Shown: positions 55,721 through 64,000 of the stretch, piece by piece
Layout of the letters: each line of letters begins with the position of its first letter
How positions within the stretch are numbered: the stretch's first letter is position 1
DNA from: Planktothrix sp. GU0601_MAG3
Lineage (GTDB): Bacteria > Cyanobacteriota > Cyanobacteriia > Cyanobacteriales > Microcoleaceae
Reading direction: 5' to 3'
DNA length: 64,000 nt
Assembly: GCA_035193785.1 (NCBI GenBank)
Contig: CP136572.1
Location: 4,916,578 to 4,980,577, forward strand
Translations under genes and position numbers: made by a program
Notes under the pieces: generated by a model
Seen by the model: only the letters and a program-made list of their open reading frames with translations
What the model was told of the DNA's origin: nothing
Database searches by the model: none

Positions 55721-57574
55721 TTATTTTGTTAGGCTATTCCCGCATAAATCGGGAAATTCAATGGTAAAAGTGGTAAGATTTTGGCTGCTTTCCACTTGAA
55801 TTGTCCCGTTTAATTGTTCCACTAACTTTTGAACCAAAGCCAACCCTAAACCCGTTCCTCCCTGTTTCCATGGGTCTGCATTCGGAACTCGATAAAACTT
55901 CTCAAAAATTCGGGGAAGTTCTTTTTCAGGAATTTCGACTGGGTTGCGAATCACAATTTGTAAGGGGTCAGAAATGGCGGGAGAGGGTAGAGAAATATTC
56001 TGTTTTTTTGTTTTACGTTTGTTTTTAGTTGTTGAAGTTAATTCTCGCCAATTAGATACGGAAAGATAATGAATTCCTAAGAAAATTTCTCCTCCGTTTG
56101 GTGTATATTTACAGGCATTATTTAATAATTCTGCTAGAATTCTTTCCAAACTATTAGAATTAGTTATGATCGGCTTTAAATCTGGATAATACTGGACATT
56201 AAATACCTGATTTCGTTCTTGAGTACGAGAATAAAAAGGATTAATAATATTAGGCAACCATTCTAATAAATCTAAATTTTCCAGGGTAATAGGTGCAGAG
56301 GAAGATTCTAAACGTTGCAAATCCAATAAATCATTAATTAAATTGGTTTCCCGCAGACATTCCGATTCTAATATTTCTAAATATTTTTGACCTCGCTCTG
56401 AATTGGGAGCAATTTTTAACATATGAATAGCCATTTTCATATTTGCCAAAGGAGTGCGGAGTTCATGGGAAACCGTACTCAAAAAATCATCCTTGAGAAT
56501 ATTTAACTGTTGCAGTTCTTGAACCTTAGACGTGCGTTCTTGAACTTGTTTTTCTAGTTCAGCATTACGGGTTTTTAACAGTTCCAATTTTTCCGTTTGC
56601 AGTTGATTTACCGATTGCTGTAATTGTTTAACAACCCGATACATTTCCGTCGGGTCAAGCATTCTTAATAAACTAACCTGTGTAATTATTCCTAATAACT
56701 CTCCTTCATCACCACAAACTATTAGTCGTTGTACCTGTTGCTTTTGCATTTCTTGATGTGCCATCCATAAAGAATCCTTAGTTTTTAAATAAAAGGATAA
56801 ATTTTTCATCACCGTTGTGGCTGGAGTCCCCGTTAAATCTAATTCTAAAAATTGTGCCTCCACAATATCCTGTTCCGTCACTAATCCAATCGGCGTTAAT
56901 TTATTCAGAGTTTCTGTTTGAAAAACAACTACACAACTGGCTTGATGGGCAGCCATCATTTGTGCTAAACTTAATACTGATGTTGTTACCGGAGCCGTAA
57001 TCACTTGGGTGATAATTTCATCTCCAACTCGTCGTAATCTTAAAATATTAGCAGGTTGTAAAACCCGACGAATTCTTTCTGGAGTAATCACTCCTACCAA
57101 TTGTCCCCGACTATCTAAAACAGGTAAATGCGAAATTTGATGTTGTCGAAATAAGGATAAAGCCGTAAAAATATCTTGATCATCAGATTCTGTTAAACTA
57201 ACAGATATTGGAGACATAATTTCAGCAACTCTGATGATATTGAGATTTTTTTTTCTGTCAGGATCAGAAATTTCTGTTGCTATTAACTTCACAATATCCC
57301 GTTCGGTGATAATTCCTAAAACCGCAGCCCCGTGAGGTTGTTCATCGGCAAGTACAGGAAGAACTTTTTCTGAGTTTTCAGCGATGACTAAAACACAGCT
57401 TGCCCGGGATTCTTCCACTAAAGAAATATCGGAATTTAGAGGGCAACAATTTTGAGATTGACCCAATATTTTAATCACATCCGCTAAACAAGTTTCCGGT
57501 GTTACAATAAATGGATTCCGATCAATGGCTTGTTCTAAAGCAGATGAATAGCGCACAGATTGGTAAAATTCCAT
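55721..57574 (-). CDS. Sensor histidine kinase with CBS domains
   Basis: CBS motifs (GIITERDIV, GLVTEQDIV); SHELRTPL, ELLNNACKY and GTGLGL. Confidence 0.92.
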   Translation of the reverse strand: MEFYQSVRYSSALEQAIDRNPFIVTPETCLADVIKILGQSQNCCPLNSDISLVEESRASCVLVIAENSEKVLPVLADEQPHGAAVLGIITERDIVKLIATEISDPDRKKNLNIIRVAEIMSPISVSLTESDDQDIFTALSLFRQHQISHLPVLDSRGQLVGVITPERIRRVLQPANILRLRRVGDEIITQVITAPVTTSVLSLAQMMAAHQASCVVVFQTETLNKLTPIGLVTEQDIVEAQFLELDLTGTPATTVMKNLSFYLKTKDSLWMAHQEMQKQQVQRLIVCGDEGELLGIITQVSLLRMLDPTEMYRVVKQLQQSVNQLQTEKLELLKTRNAELEKQVQERTSKVQELQQLNILKDDFLSTVSHELRTPLANMKMAIHMLKIAPNSERGQKYLEILESECLRETNLINDLLDLQRLESSSAPITLENLDLLEWLPNIINPFYSRTQERNQVFNVQYYPDLKPIITNSNSLERILAELLNNACKYTPNGGEIFLGIHYLSVSNWRELTSTTKNKRKTKKQNISLPSPAISDPLQIVIRNPVEIPEKELPRIFEKFYRVPNADPWKQGGTGLGLALVQKLVEQLNGTIQVESSQNLTTFTIEFPDLCGNSLTK

Positions 57575-57694
57575 AACGATACTCTAAAATGGTTTGTGGG
57601 AAGAAACACAGGATTTTTCACCTTATAAACTTAGCCGGAGATGAGGCTATTAAATCTCTAATCAGTTTAACTTTATTCAAAAATACAGATAATT

Positions 57695-58348
57695 ATGATT
57701 ATATCAGTTAATGAAAAAAAATTTTGGGAAGAACGCTATCAAGGAGGAAACACAGGCTGGGACTTAGGAGAACCCGCCCCACCACTTGTTAGGTTTTTGC
57801 AATCTTCCGAGGCTCCACCCCCGGGAAAAACTGCGGTTTTAGGCTGTGGACGGGGTTATGATGCCCTATTATTTGCTAGTTATGGATTTCAGGTGATTGG
57901 GTTCGATTTTGCGGCTTCTGCAATTAAAGACGCATTAGAATATCAACAATTATTAATCAATAAATCGTCAATTTTAAAGGGAGCAGGAAAATATTTACCC
58001 ACTTCAGCGCAATTTTTACAACAGGATATTTTTGACTTACCAAAGGAGTTTTTAGGACAGTTTGATTATGTAATTGAACATACTTGTTTCTGTGCTATTT
58101 CCCCAGATAAACGCCCTAGTTATGTAGAATTAATTGAATCAATTCTGCAACCCGATGGGCAATTATTCGGGTTATTTTTTACCCATTCCCGTGCTGGAGG
58201 GCCACCTTTTGGGATCACCCCGGCGGAAATTCGACAATATTTTCAAGGGAAATTTCAGATTCTCTCCCTCCATCTCGTAACTGAATCAACGCCTAGCCGC
58301 CAAGGGGAAGAACATTGGGGACATTTTGCGCTTGATCAAAAACTCTAG
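57695..58348 (+). CDS. Thiopurine/thiol S-methyltransferase-family SAM methyltransferase
   Basis: FWEERY...WDLG, LGCGRGYD, EHTCFCAI and GPPF. Confidence 0.88.
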   Translation: MIISVNEKKFWEERYQGGNTGWDLGEPAPPLVRFLQSSEAPPPGKTAVLGCGRGYDALLFASYGFQVIGFDFAASAIKDALEYQQLLINKSSILKGAGKYLPTSAQFLQQDIFDLPKEFLGQFDYVIEHTCFCAISPDKRPSYVELIESILQPDGQLFGLFFTHSRAGGPPFGITPAEIRQYFQGKFQILSLHLVTESTPSRQGEEHWGHFALDQKL

Positions 58349-58417
58349 CAATTCGTTCTGCAAATTTTTTCTAATTTGACTATAATAAGTAAAGATTTAG
58401 CCAAACCTGAGTTACAA

Positions 58418-59101
58418 ATGAGTCAACCATTGAATTTAGAAAATATTGCCGATCAGTTAGATAGTAAAAACTTACGAGATCGTCTATTAGCCCTAGCTTC
58501 TTTGCGAAATATTCCTCCAGAGGATGCGGTTCCTTTAATTAAAAAAGTGCTAAATGATGAAAGTTTGCAAGTCCGATCTATGGCAATCTTTGCCCTAGGA
58601 ATTAAACCGACGGAAGAATGCTATTTTCTGTTGGTGAAACTATTAGAAACTGACCCCGATTATGGGGCGAGAGCCGATGCAGCAGGTGCCTTGGGTTATT
58701 TAGGAGATATTCGAGCATTTGAACCTTTAGTTAGAGCTTTTTATGAGGACACAGATTGGCTAGTTAGATTTAGTGCGGCGGTCTCCCTGGGAAACTTAAA
58801 AGATATTCGCGCCCGGGATGTTTTGTTAGCCGCATTAGAGAGTGATGAGGTGATTTTACATCAAGCTGCAATTGCCGCAATCGGAGAAATTCAAGATGTT
58901 GAATCGGTTGATAAAATTTTGCGATTTGCTCAATCTGAAGATTGGTTAGTTCGGCAACGATTAGCTGAAGCCTTGGGTAATCTGGTTACACCAAAAAGCC
59001 TTTCTGCTTTGAATTATTTAGCTAAAGATAGTCATAATCAAGTTTCTGAATCGGCTAAAATTTCCATAGAGCGGCTACAACAAGCGGGGTTAAAACCTTA
59101 A
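58418..59101 (+). CDS. nblB: Phycobilisome-degradation HEAT-repeat protein NblB-like
   Basis: HEAT repeats with RSMAIFALG, RADAAGALGYL and WLVRFSAAVSLGNL. Confidence 0.75.
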   Translation: MSQPLNLENIADQLDSKNLRDRLLALASLRNIPPEDAVPLIKKVLNDESLQVRSMAIFALGIKPTEECYFLLVKLLETDPDYGARADAAGALGYLGDIRAFEPLVRAFYEDTDWLVRFSAAVSLGNLKDIRARDVLLAALESDEVILHQAAIAAIGEIQDVESVDKILRFAQSEDWLVRQRLAEALGNLVTPKSLSALNYLAKDSHNQVSESAKISIERLQQAGLKP

Positions 59102-59209
59102 GGATTTGATCAGCAGGGAATGGAGAATATATTGACAAATGAACCCTAATATTAGACGATAGATTTTCAGTTTCTATGTTCAAATCAAAAGTTATCGTTA
59201 AATCAGCCT

Positions 59210-60512
59210 ATGACTTCTCCATTCCCTTCTCGGAAAAAACCTAAAGTTCTCCAATTATTCTTTTTCAGTTTTGTGGTTTTATTTCTGGCTAGTACCTCGG
59301 CAATTCTCGGGGCAATGACGGCCCTATTAACTCCCGAAAAATTTGATTTTACTGAGCCGGAATCCAATATTTTAGATGGGTTATGGCAACATCGGTTTAA
59401 ATATAGTTTATCTCGTCCAGTTAATATTTTAGTCTTGGGAATTGATGGCAACCCTAACAGTTCTTCCGCCTCTCCCGATCTGTTTAAAGGTCGCAGTGAT
59501 ACGGTGTTATTTGTCAATTTTCAACCCCAGGATAAATCCGTAAGTCTGTTATCAATACCCCGGGATACTCAGGTTTCAAATTCCAGGTTATGGTACGGGA
59601 AAAATTAATGAAGCTAATTATTGGGGTGGCCCTAAATTAGCAAAAGAAGTGATTCAAAATATTTTAAATAAAGTTGAAGTCAACCGTTATATTCGGGTTA
59701 GTAGCGGTGCATTTAGAGAATTAGTTAATTCTTTAGGAGGAGTAGAAGTTTATATTCCCCAACCCATGTCCTATCAAGATAAAACCCAAAAATTAAAAAT
59801 TGATTTAGCTCCCGGTTGGCAAACAATTAATGGCGAACAGGCGGATCAATTTGTGCGGTTTCGGGGGGATGGTTATGGAGATTTAGGTCGGGTACAGCGT
59901 CAACAAGCATTAATGGAAGCGATTTTAGTTCGACTTAAAGATCCGACGGTTTTACCTCGTGTTCCTGAAATTATTCGGATTATGCAAAAATATATTGATA
60001 CCAATTTAAACTTTGAGGAAATTTTAACTTTAGTTAATTTTGGTTTGAATCTGGAACCCCAGAATTTTAAAATGGTAATGTTACCTGGTCGCTCTAGTTC
60101 TGAGGATTTTAATAGTAGTTATTGGTTAATTGATGAGCGGGGACGCGATCGGGTTATGTATCAATATTTTCGTTTAGATTCAACCGGATACACCTTAAAA
60201 AGTGCCTACGAACCTTCAGCTTATGAAACTTTATCCAAGGATTTAAAAATTGCGATTCAAAATGTTTCTAGTAATCCTAAATCCGCAGAGAAAATGCTCA
60301 ATTTTTTAGCCGACCAAGGATTTAGTCAAGTTTATTTAGCTCCGACTGAATCCACTCAACAACTGAAAACCCAAATTATTGTTCAAGGCGGAGATTTGGG
60401 GGCGGCTAAACTAATGCAAAAAAACCTGGGTTTAGGTGAGCTTAAATCCTCCTCCACGGGGGAAATTGGCTCGGATTTAACCATTAGGGTCGGAGAAGAT
60501 TGGATCAATTGA
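59210..60512 (+). CDS. LytR-CpsA-Psr (LCP) family protein; frameshift near 59578
   Basis: NILVLGID, GRSDT, SIPRDT, FVRFR...GDLGRVQRQQ and a LytR_C-like tail. Confidence 0.9.
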
Positions 60513-60640
60513 TTAACAATCTAGGGATTTGCTCTTATCACCCAATTCGGGATTGGCAAATCCTCGAATAAAATATGACAATCTATCGAAAATTGCTATA
60601 CAATATAAAGTAGTTGTTAAGAAAATTCCGATGGATGTCT

Positions 60641-62126
60641 ATGACTGCTAATGCACCTGTTAAAACGGATTACGAAGCGATTATTGGGTTAGAAACCCAT
60701 TGTCAATTGAACACAGACACCAAGATTTTCTCCAATTCTTCGACGAAATTTGGAGCCGATCCTAATATGAATATTGATCCCATTTGTATGGGATTACCTG
60801 GTGTACTACCTGTATTAAATGAAAAAGTTTTAGAATATGCAGTAAAAGCCGGGTTAGCCCTGAATTGTGAAATTGCACCCTACAGTAAATTTGATCGCAA
60901 ACAATATTTTTATCCTGATTTGCCCAAAAATTATCAAATTTCTCAATATGATTTACCCATTGCCATAAATGGTCATTTAGAAATTGAAATTGTCGATGAA
61001 GATGGTAGTTTCCACTCGCAAAACTATTGGGATTACTCGCTTACATATTGAAGAAGATGCGGGAAAATTAGTCCATGGCGGCAGCGATCGGCTTTCCGGT
61101 TCCACCTATTCCATGGTTGATTATAACCGGGCTGGAATTGCTTTAGCTGAAATTGTATCTGAACCGGATATTCGCTCGGGACAAGAAGCCGCCGAATATG
61201 CCCAAGAATTGCGTCGCATTGTGCGTTATTTGGGCGTGAGTGATGGCAATATGCAAGAGGGTTCCCTGCGATGTGATGTTAATATTTCCGTGCGTCCGGT
61301 GGGGCAAAAAGAGTTCGGAACTAAAGTTGAAATCAAAAATATGAACTCTTTTAGTGCTATCCAACGGGCAATTGATCATGAAATCGAACGGCAAATTAAG
61401 GCGATTGAAACCGGGGAAGAAATTTTTCAAGAAACCCGTTTATGGGAAGAGGGAAGTCAACGGACAATTAGTATGCGGAAAAAAGAAGGAGCAAGCGATT
61501 ATCGCTATTTTCCTGAACCCGATTTGCCGCCAATTCAAGTATCTGCTGAACAATTAAAAACCTGGAAATCTCAATTACCCGAACTCCCAGCAGAAAAACG
61601 CCATCGCTATGAATCAGAATTAGGATTATCCCCCTATGATACCCGTGTATTAACGGATGATCACCCGATTTCTGAATATTTTGAAGCCACAATTGCCGCC
61701 GGAGCTAATATTAAACAAGCGGTAAATTGGATTATGGGTGATATTACTGCCCATATAAAAAATGAAAAATGCAGTGTAACTGAAATCGCTTTAAAACCGG
61801 AAGGATTAGCAGAATTAATTGCTTTAATTGAAGCCGGAACTATTAGCGGTAAAATTGCTAAGGATTTATTACCCGAACTCTTAACCCAAGGTGGATCTCC
61901 TAAAGCATTAGTTGAAGCAAAAGGATTAATTCAATTATCCGATCCTAAAGCATTAGCAGAAATTATTGATCAAGTTTTGCTAGAAAATCCCAAGGAATTA
62001 GAACAATATCACGCAGGGAAAACCAAACTCCAAGGATTTTTTGTCGGTCAAATTATGAAAAAAACTGGCGGACGGGCTGACCCAAAACTCACCAATCAAA
62101 TCTTAGGAGAAAAACTCAAAAAATAA
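60641..62126 (+). CDS. gatB: Asp-tRNA(Asn)/Glu-tRNA(Gln) amidotransferase subunit B; frameshift near 61010
   Basis: [36 protein letters not shown] and YRYFPEPDL. Confidence 0.97.
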
Positions 62127-62134
62127 ATAGTTTC

Positions 62135-62172
62135 TTCAGGTTAGGTTGGAATAATTCTCAACCCAACCTGAA
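62135..62172. terminator. Putative bidirectional terminator hairpin between convergent genes
   Basis: TTCAGGTTAGGTTG ... CAACCCAACCTGAA inverted repeat. Confidence 0.6.
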
Positions 62173-62181
62173 ATTTTAAGA

Positions 62182-62433
62182 TCAATCAGATTTAGGACTA
62201 AAAAATAATTGGTTAACTTTACTAATTACCCAACTCAAAATTGCTCCTCCCATTAAAATTCCAATCGCGGGAGTAAATACAGGTTGCCAAAGTTTATACC
62301 ATAAATCCAATCCGAGATTGAGTTTAAAAGAATTGCCTAAAACCGCAATTACCAACCAAAAAAAACTAAATAATACAAAAAAAACATTTGCCACCAAAAC
62401 TAGATTCAACCATTTAATCAATTGTTCTTTCAT
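62182..62433 (-). CDS. Small hypothetical membrane protein
   Basis: Two hydrophobic helices; WYKLWQPVFTPAIGILM. Confidence 0.7.
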   Translation of the reverse strand: MKEQLIKWLNLVLVANVFFVLFSFFWLVIAVLGNSFKLNLGLDLWYKLWQPVFTPAIGILMGGAILSWVISKVNQLFFSPKSD

Positions 62434-62595
62434 AGTTCAAACTCAATAAAAATTATATCAATCTATTTGATCTTGATTATATTTTAAGGGTTAGGGGGAT
62501 TTTTTTGCAAATATTAATTCAAAATTTGTAGACAAACTTAACCTAATCTTTGTTACAATAGATCCTAGCAGTTATAGCAGGCAGTCTGTGTTAAT

Positions 62596-63090
62596 ATGGT
62601 TCGCTACACCCTAGCTCAAAGTCCCGAAATCGTTCTTACCATCCGAGGCAAAGATTCATCTCAAGCCCGGGAGAAAGCGATGGACAAACTGATGGAATTG
62701 ATAGACGCGGGTAAACTACCAACGGAATTGGAAGAAGGCTTTAGTCCCCAACAGTTCATCGAAGTCAAGGAGCCCGATGATAGTCCCTTAGAAGAAGAAG
62801 ATGCTATTTCCGAAGCCGTGCAAATTCTGAGTAATTTGGCTTCCTTGAAATTAAAGATGATGGAATCAAGAGAAGAAGCCCTAAAAGTGCGAGAATCTAT
62901 TGATATTCTGTTCACAGATCAACCCGTGACTGTAGAAGAAATAACCGAATTAAAAGACGGCTTTAAGGTGTTAAAAAATTTCGCGGTTTCCAATCTTAGA
63001 TATCGAGAAGCTAGGGGCAAAGCGGAAGAAGCCAGAGCCGTTTTAGATGAAGCATTAAAATCTTCCGAAACCCGAACCAAAACCAGATAA
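62596..63090 (+). CDS. Conserved cyanobacterial hypothetical protein
   Basis: Clean 164-aa ORF with helical, acidic composition. Confidence 0.7.
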   Translation: MVRYTLAQSPEIVLTIRGKDSSQAREKAMDKLMELIDAGKLPTELEEGFSPQQFIEVKEPDDSPLEEEDAISEAVQILSNLASLKLKMMESREEALKVRESIDILFTDQPVTVEEITELKDGFKVLKNFAVSNLRYREARGKAEEARAVLDEALKSSETRTKTR

Positions 63091-63230
63091 TCCCCAGGGG
63101 AAAAAAGATAAAAAATAACTTTAAAATAGGGAATGGGGAATAGGCAATGGGCAATAGTGATGAATTTTTCGAGTATTCTAATAAGAGCAGTAATCATTAT
63201 TTCCTCTTTTCCTAAAACCCATTATCGATC

Positions 63231-63590
63231 ACGGATTTAAAAAGATTACGCAGATTAACACAGATTAAAATCCGTGAAATCCGCGAAATCCCCCTAAATC
63301 CGCGATCCCGATTACCGCTCACGGATTCAAAAGGATTACGAAAATTAACACATATTAAAATCCGTGAAATCCTTGAAATCCCCCTAAATCCGCGATCCCG
63401 ATTACCGCTCACGGATTCAAAAGGATTACGAAAATTAACACATATTAAAATCCGTGAAATCCTTGAAATCCCCCTAAATCCGCGATCCCGATTACCGCTC
63501 ACGGATTTAAAAGGATTAGGAAAATTAACACATATTAAAATCCGTGAAATCCGCGAAATCCCCCTAAATCCGCGATCCCGATTACCGCTC
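63231..63590. repeat. Four tandem copies of a 90-bp palindromic unit
   Basis: Units start at 63231, 63321, 63411 and 63501 (ACGGATT...AAATCCGCGATCCCGATTACCGCTC). Confidence 0.95.
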
Positions 63591-63607
63591 ACAGATTGAG
63601 GTAGATT

Positions 63608-64000
63608 ATGAAATTACCCCTGACTTGGAATCTTCCCGTCACAATTTCCGATCGCTTAGGTCAAAAAAGTTTTGGCAAACAACGGGCGATTGTAGCAGAA
63701 GATAACCTATTATTAGTATTACATAAAGCCCCAGAACCCGGCGATCGCAATCGAGATGCCGTATTATTTTGGCGAAAACCCGATGGCCGTTGGGAATGCA
63801 GTAAAGGTGGTGTGGCACTGCAACAATTAACCAATCATATTAAAGAGTATAATTCAGCCGAAGAAGAATTAAATCAATTCTATAAAATTGCTAAAACCGC
63901 CGAAGATTATTTTACACTATTAGAAGCGATTACCCCCCTACAGTTAGCAATAGAAAACCTGCACGCCACCTTACAAACCGCTAGAGAAGCTATCCCTCAA
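63608..64000 (+). CDS. Partial ORF running off the window; possibly a CorA-like family protein
   Basis: ATG 63608 opens MKLPLTWNLPVTISDRLGQKSFGKQRAI...LLLVLHKAP...FWRKPDGRW with no stop; the family call is tentative. Confidence 0.6.
   Translation, partial: MKLPLTWNLPVTISDRLGQKSFGKQRAIVAEDNLLLVLHKAPEPGDRNRDAVLFWRKPDGRWECSKGGVALQQLTNHIKEYNSAEEELNQFYKIAKTAEDYFTLLEAITPLQLAIENLHATLQTAREAIPQ

Noticed and set aside
19551..62126. Mass pseudogenisation or programmed frameshifting
   Set aside because: Essential genes are hit, the flanking protein sequence is fully conserved, and breaks fall in short homopolymers; sequencing error is the simpler explanation.
63212..63592. 126-aa repetitive ORF, or a second CRISPR array
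   Set aside because: It arises from the 90-bp tandem repeat; the units are near-identical with no unique spacers.

Overview
Chromosomal window from a filamentous cyanobacterium. It is AT-rich with frequent HIP1 GCGATCGC octamers, heptamer tandem repeats, petCA and nblB; an Oscillatoriales organism such as Planktothrix is plausible but inferred. Most of it is housekeeping genes (pyrE, bioD, prs, rsfS, petC/petA, glyS, rnhB, pheA, queD, gatB, a 2-Cys peroxiredoxin and a Mg-chelatase H subunit). About 20 genes, including essential ones, are split by single-base slips in short homopolymers, most likely sequencing errors. Main points of interest: (1) an orphan 28-repeat type I-D-like CRISPR array between glyS and petC, in which two spacers of opposite orientation encode the same hydrophobic peptide (AAFAIAVGP) with only synonymous differences; (2) a biliverdin-type phytochrome gene cut off by a 14-bp tandem repeat, followed by a single receiver, a zinc-ribbon ORF and a REC-wHTH-Hpt-REC-REC-GGDEF regulator; (3) an Rpn/DUF4351 nuclease gene with a perfect internal AGGAGG-ATG start, a candidate nested antitoxin; (4) a filamentous-haemagglutinin-type exoprotein gene over 7 kb; (5) several families of REP-like, palindromic and tandem repeats.
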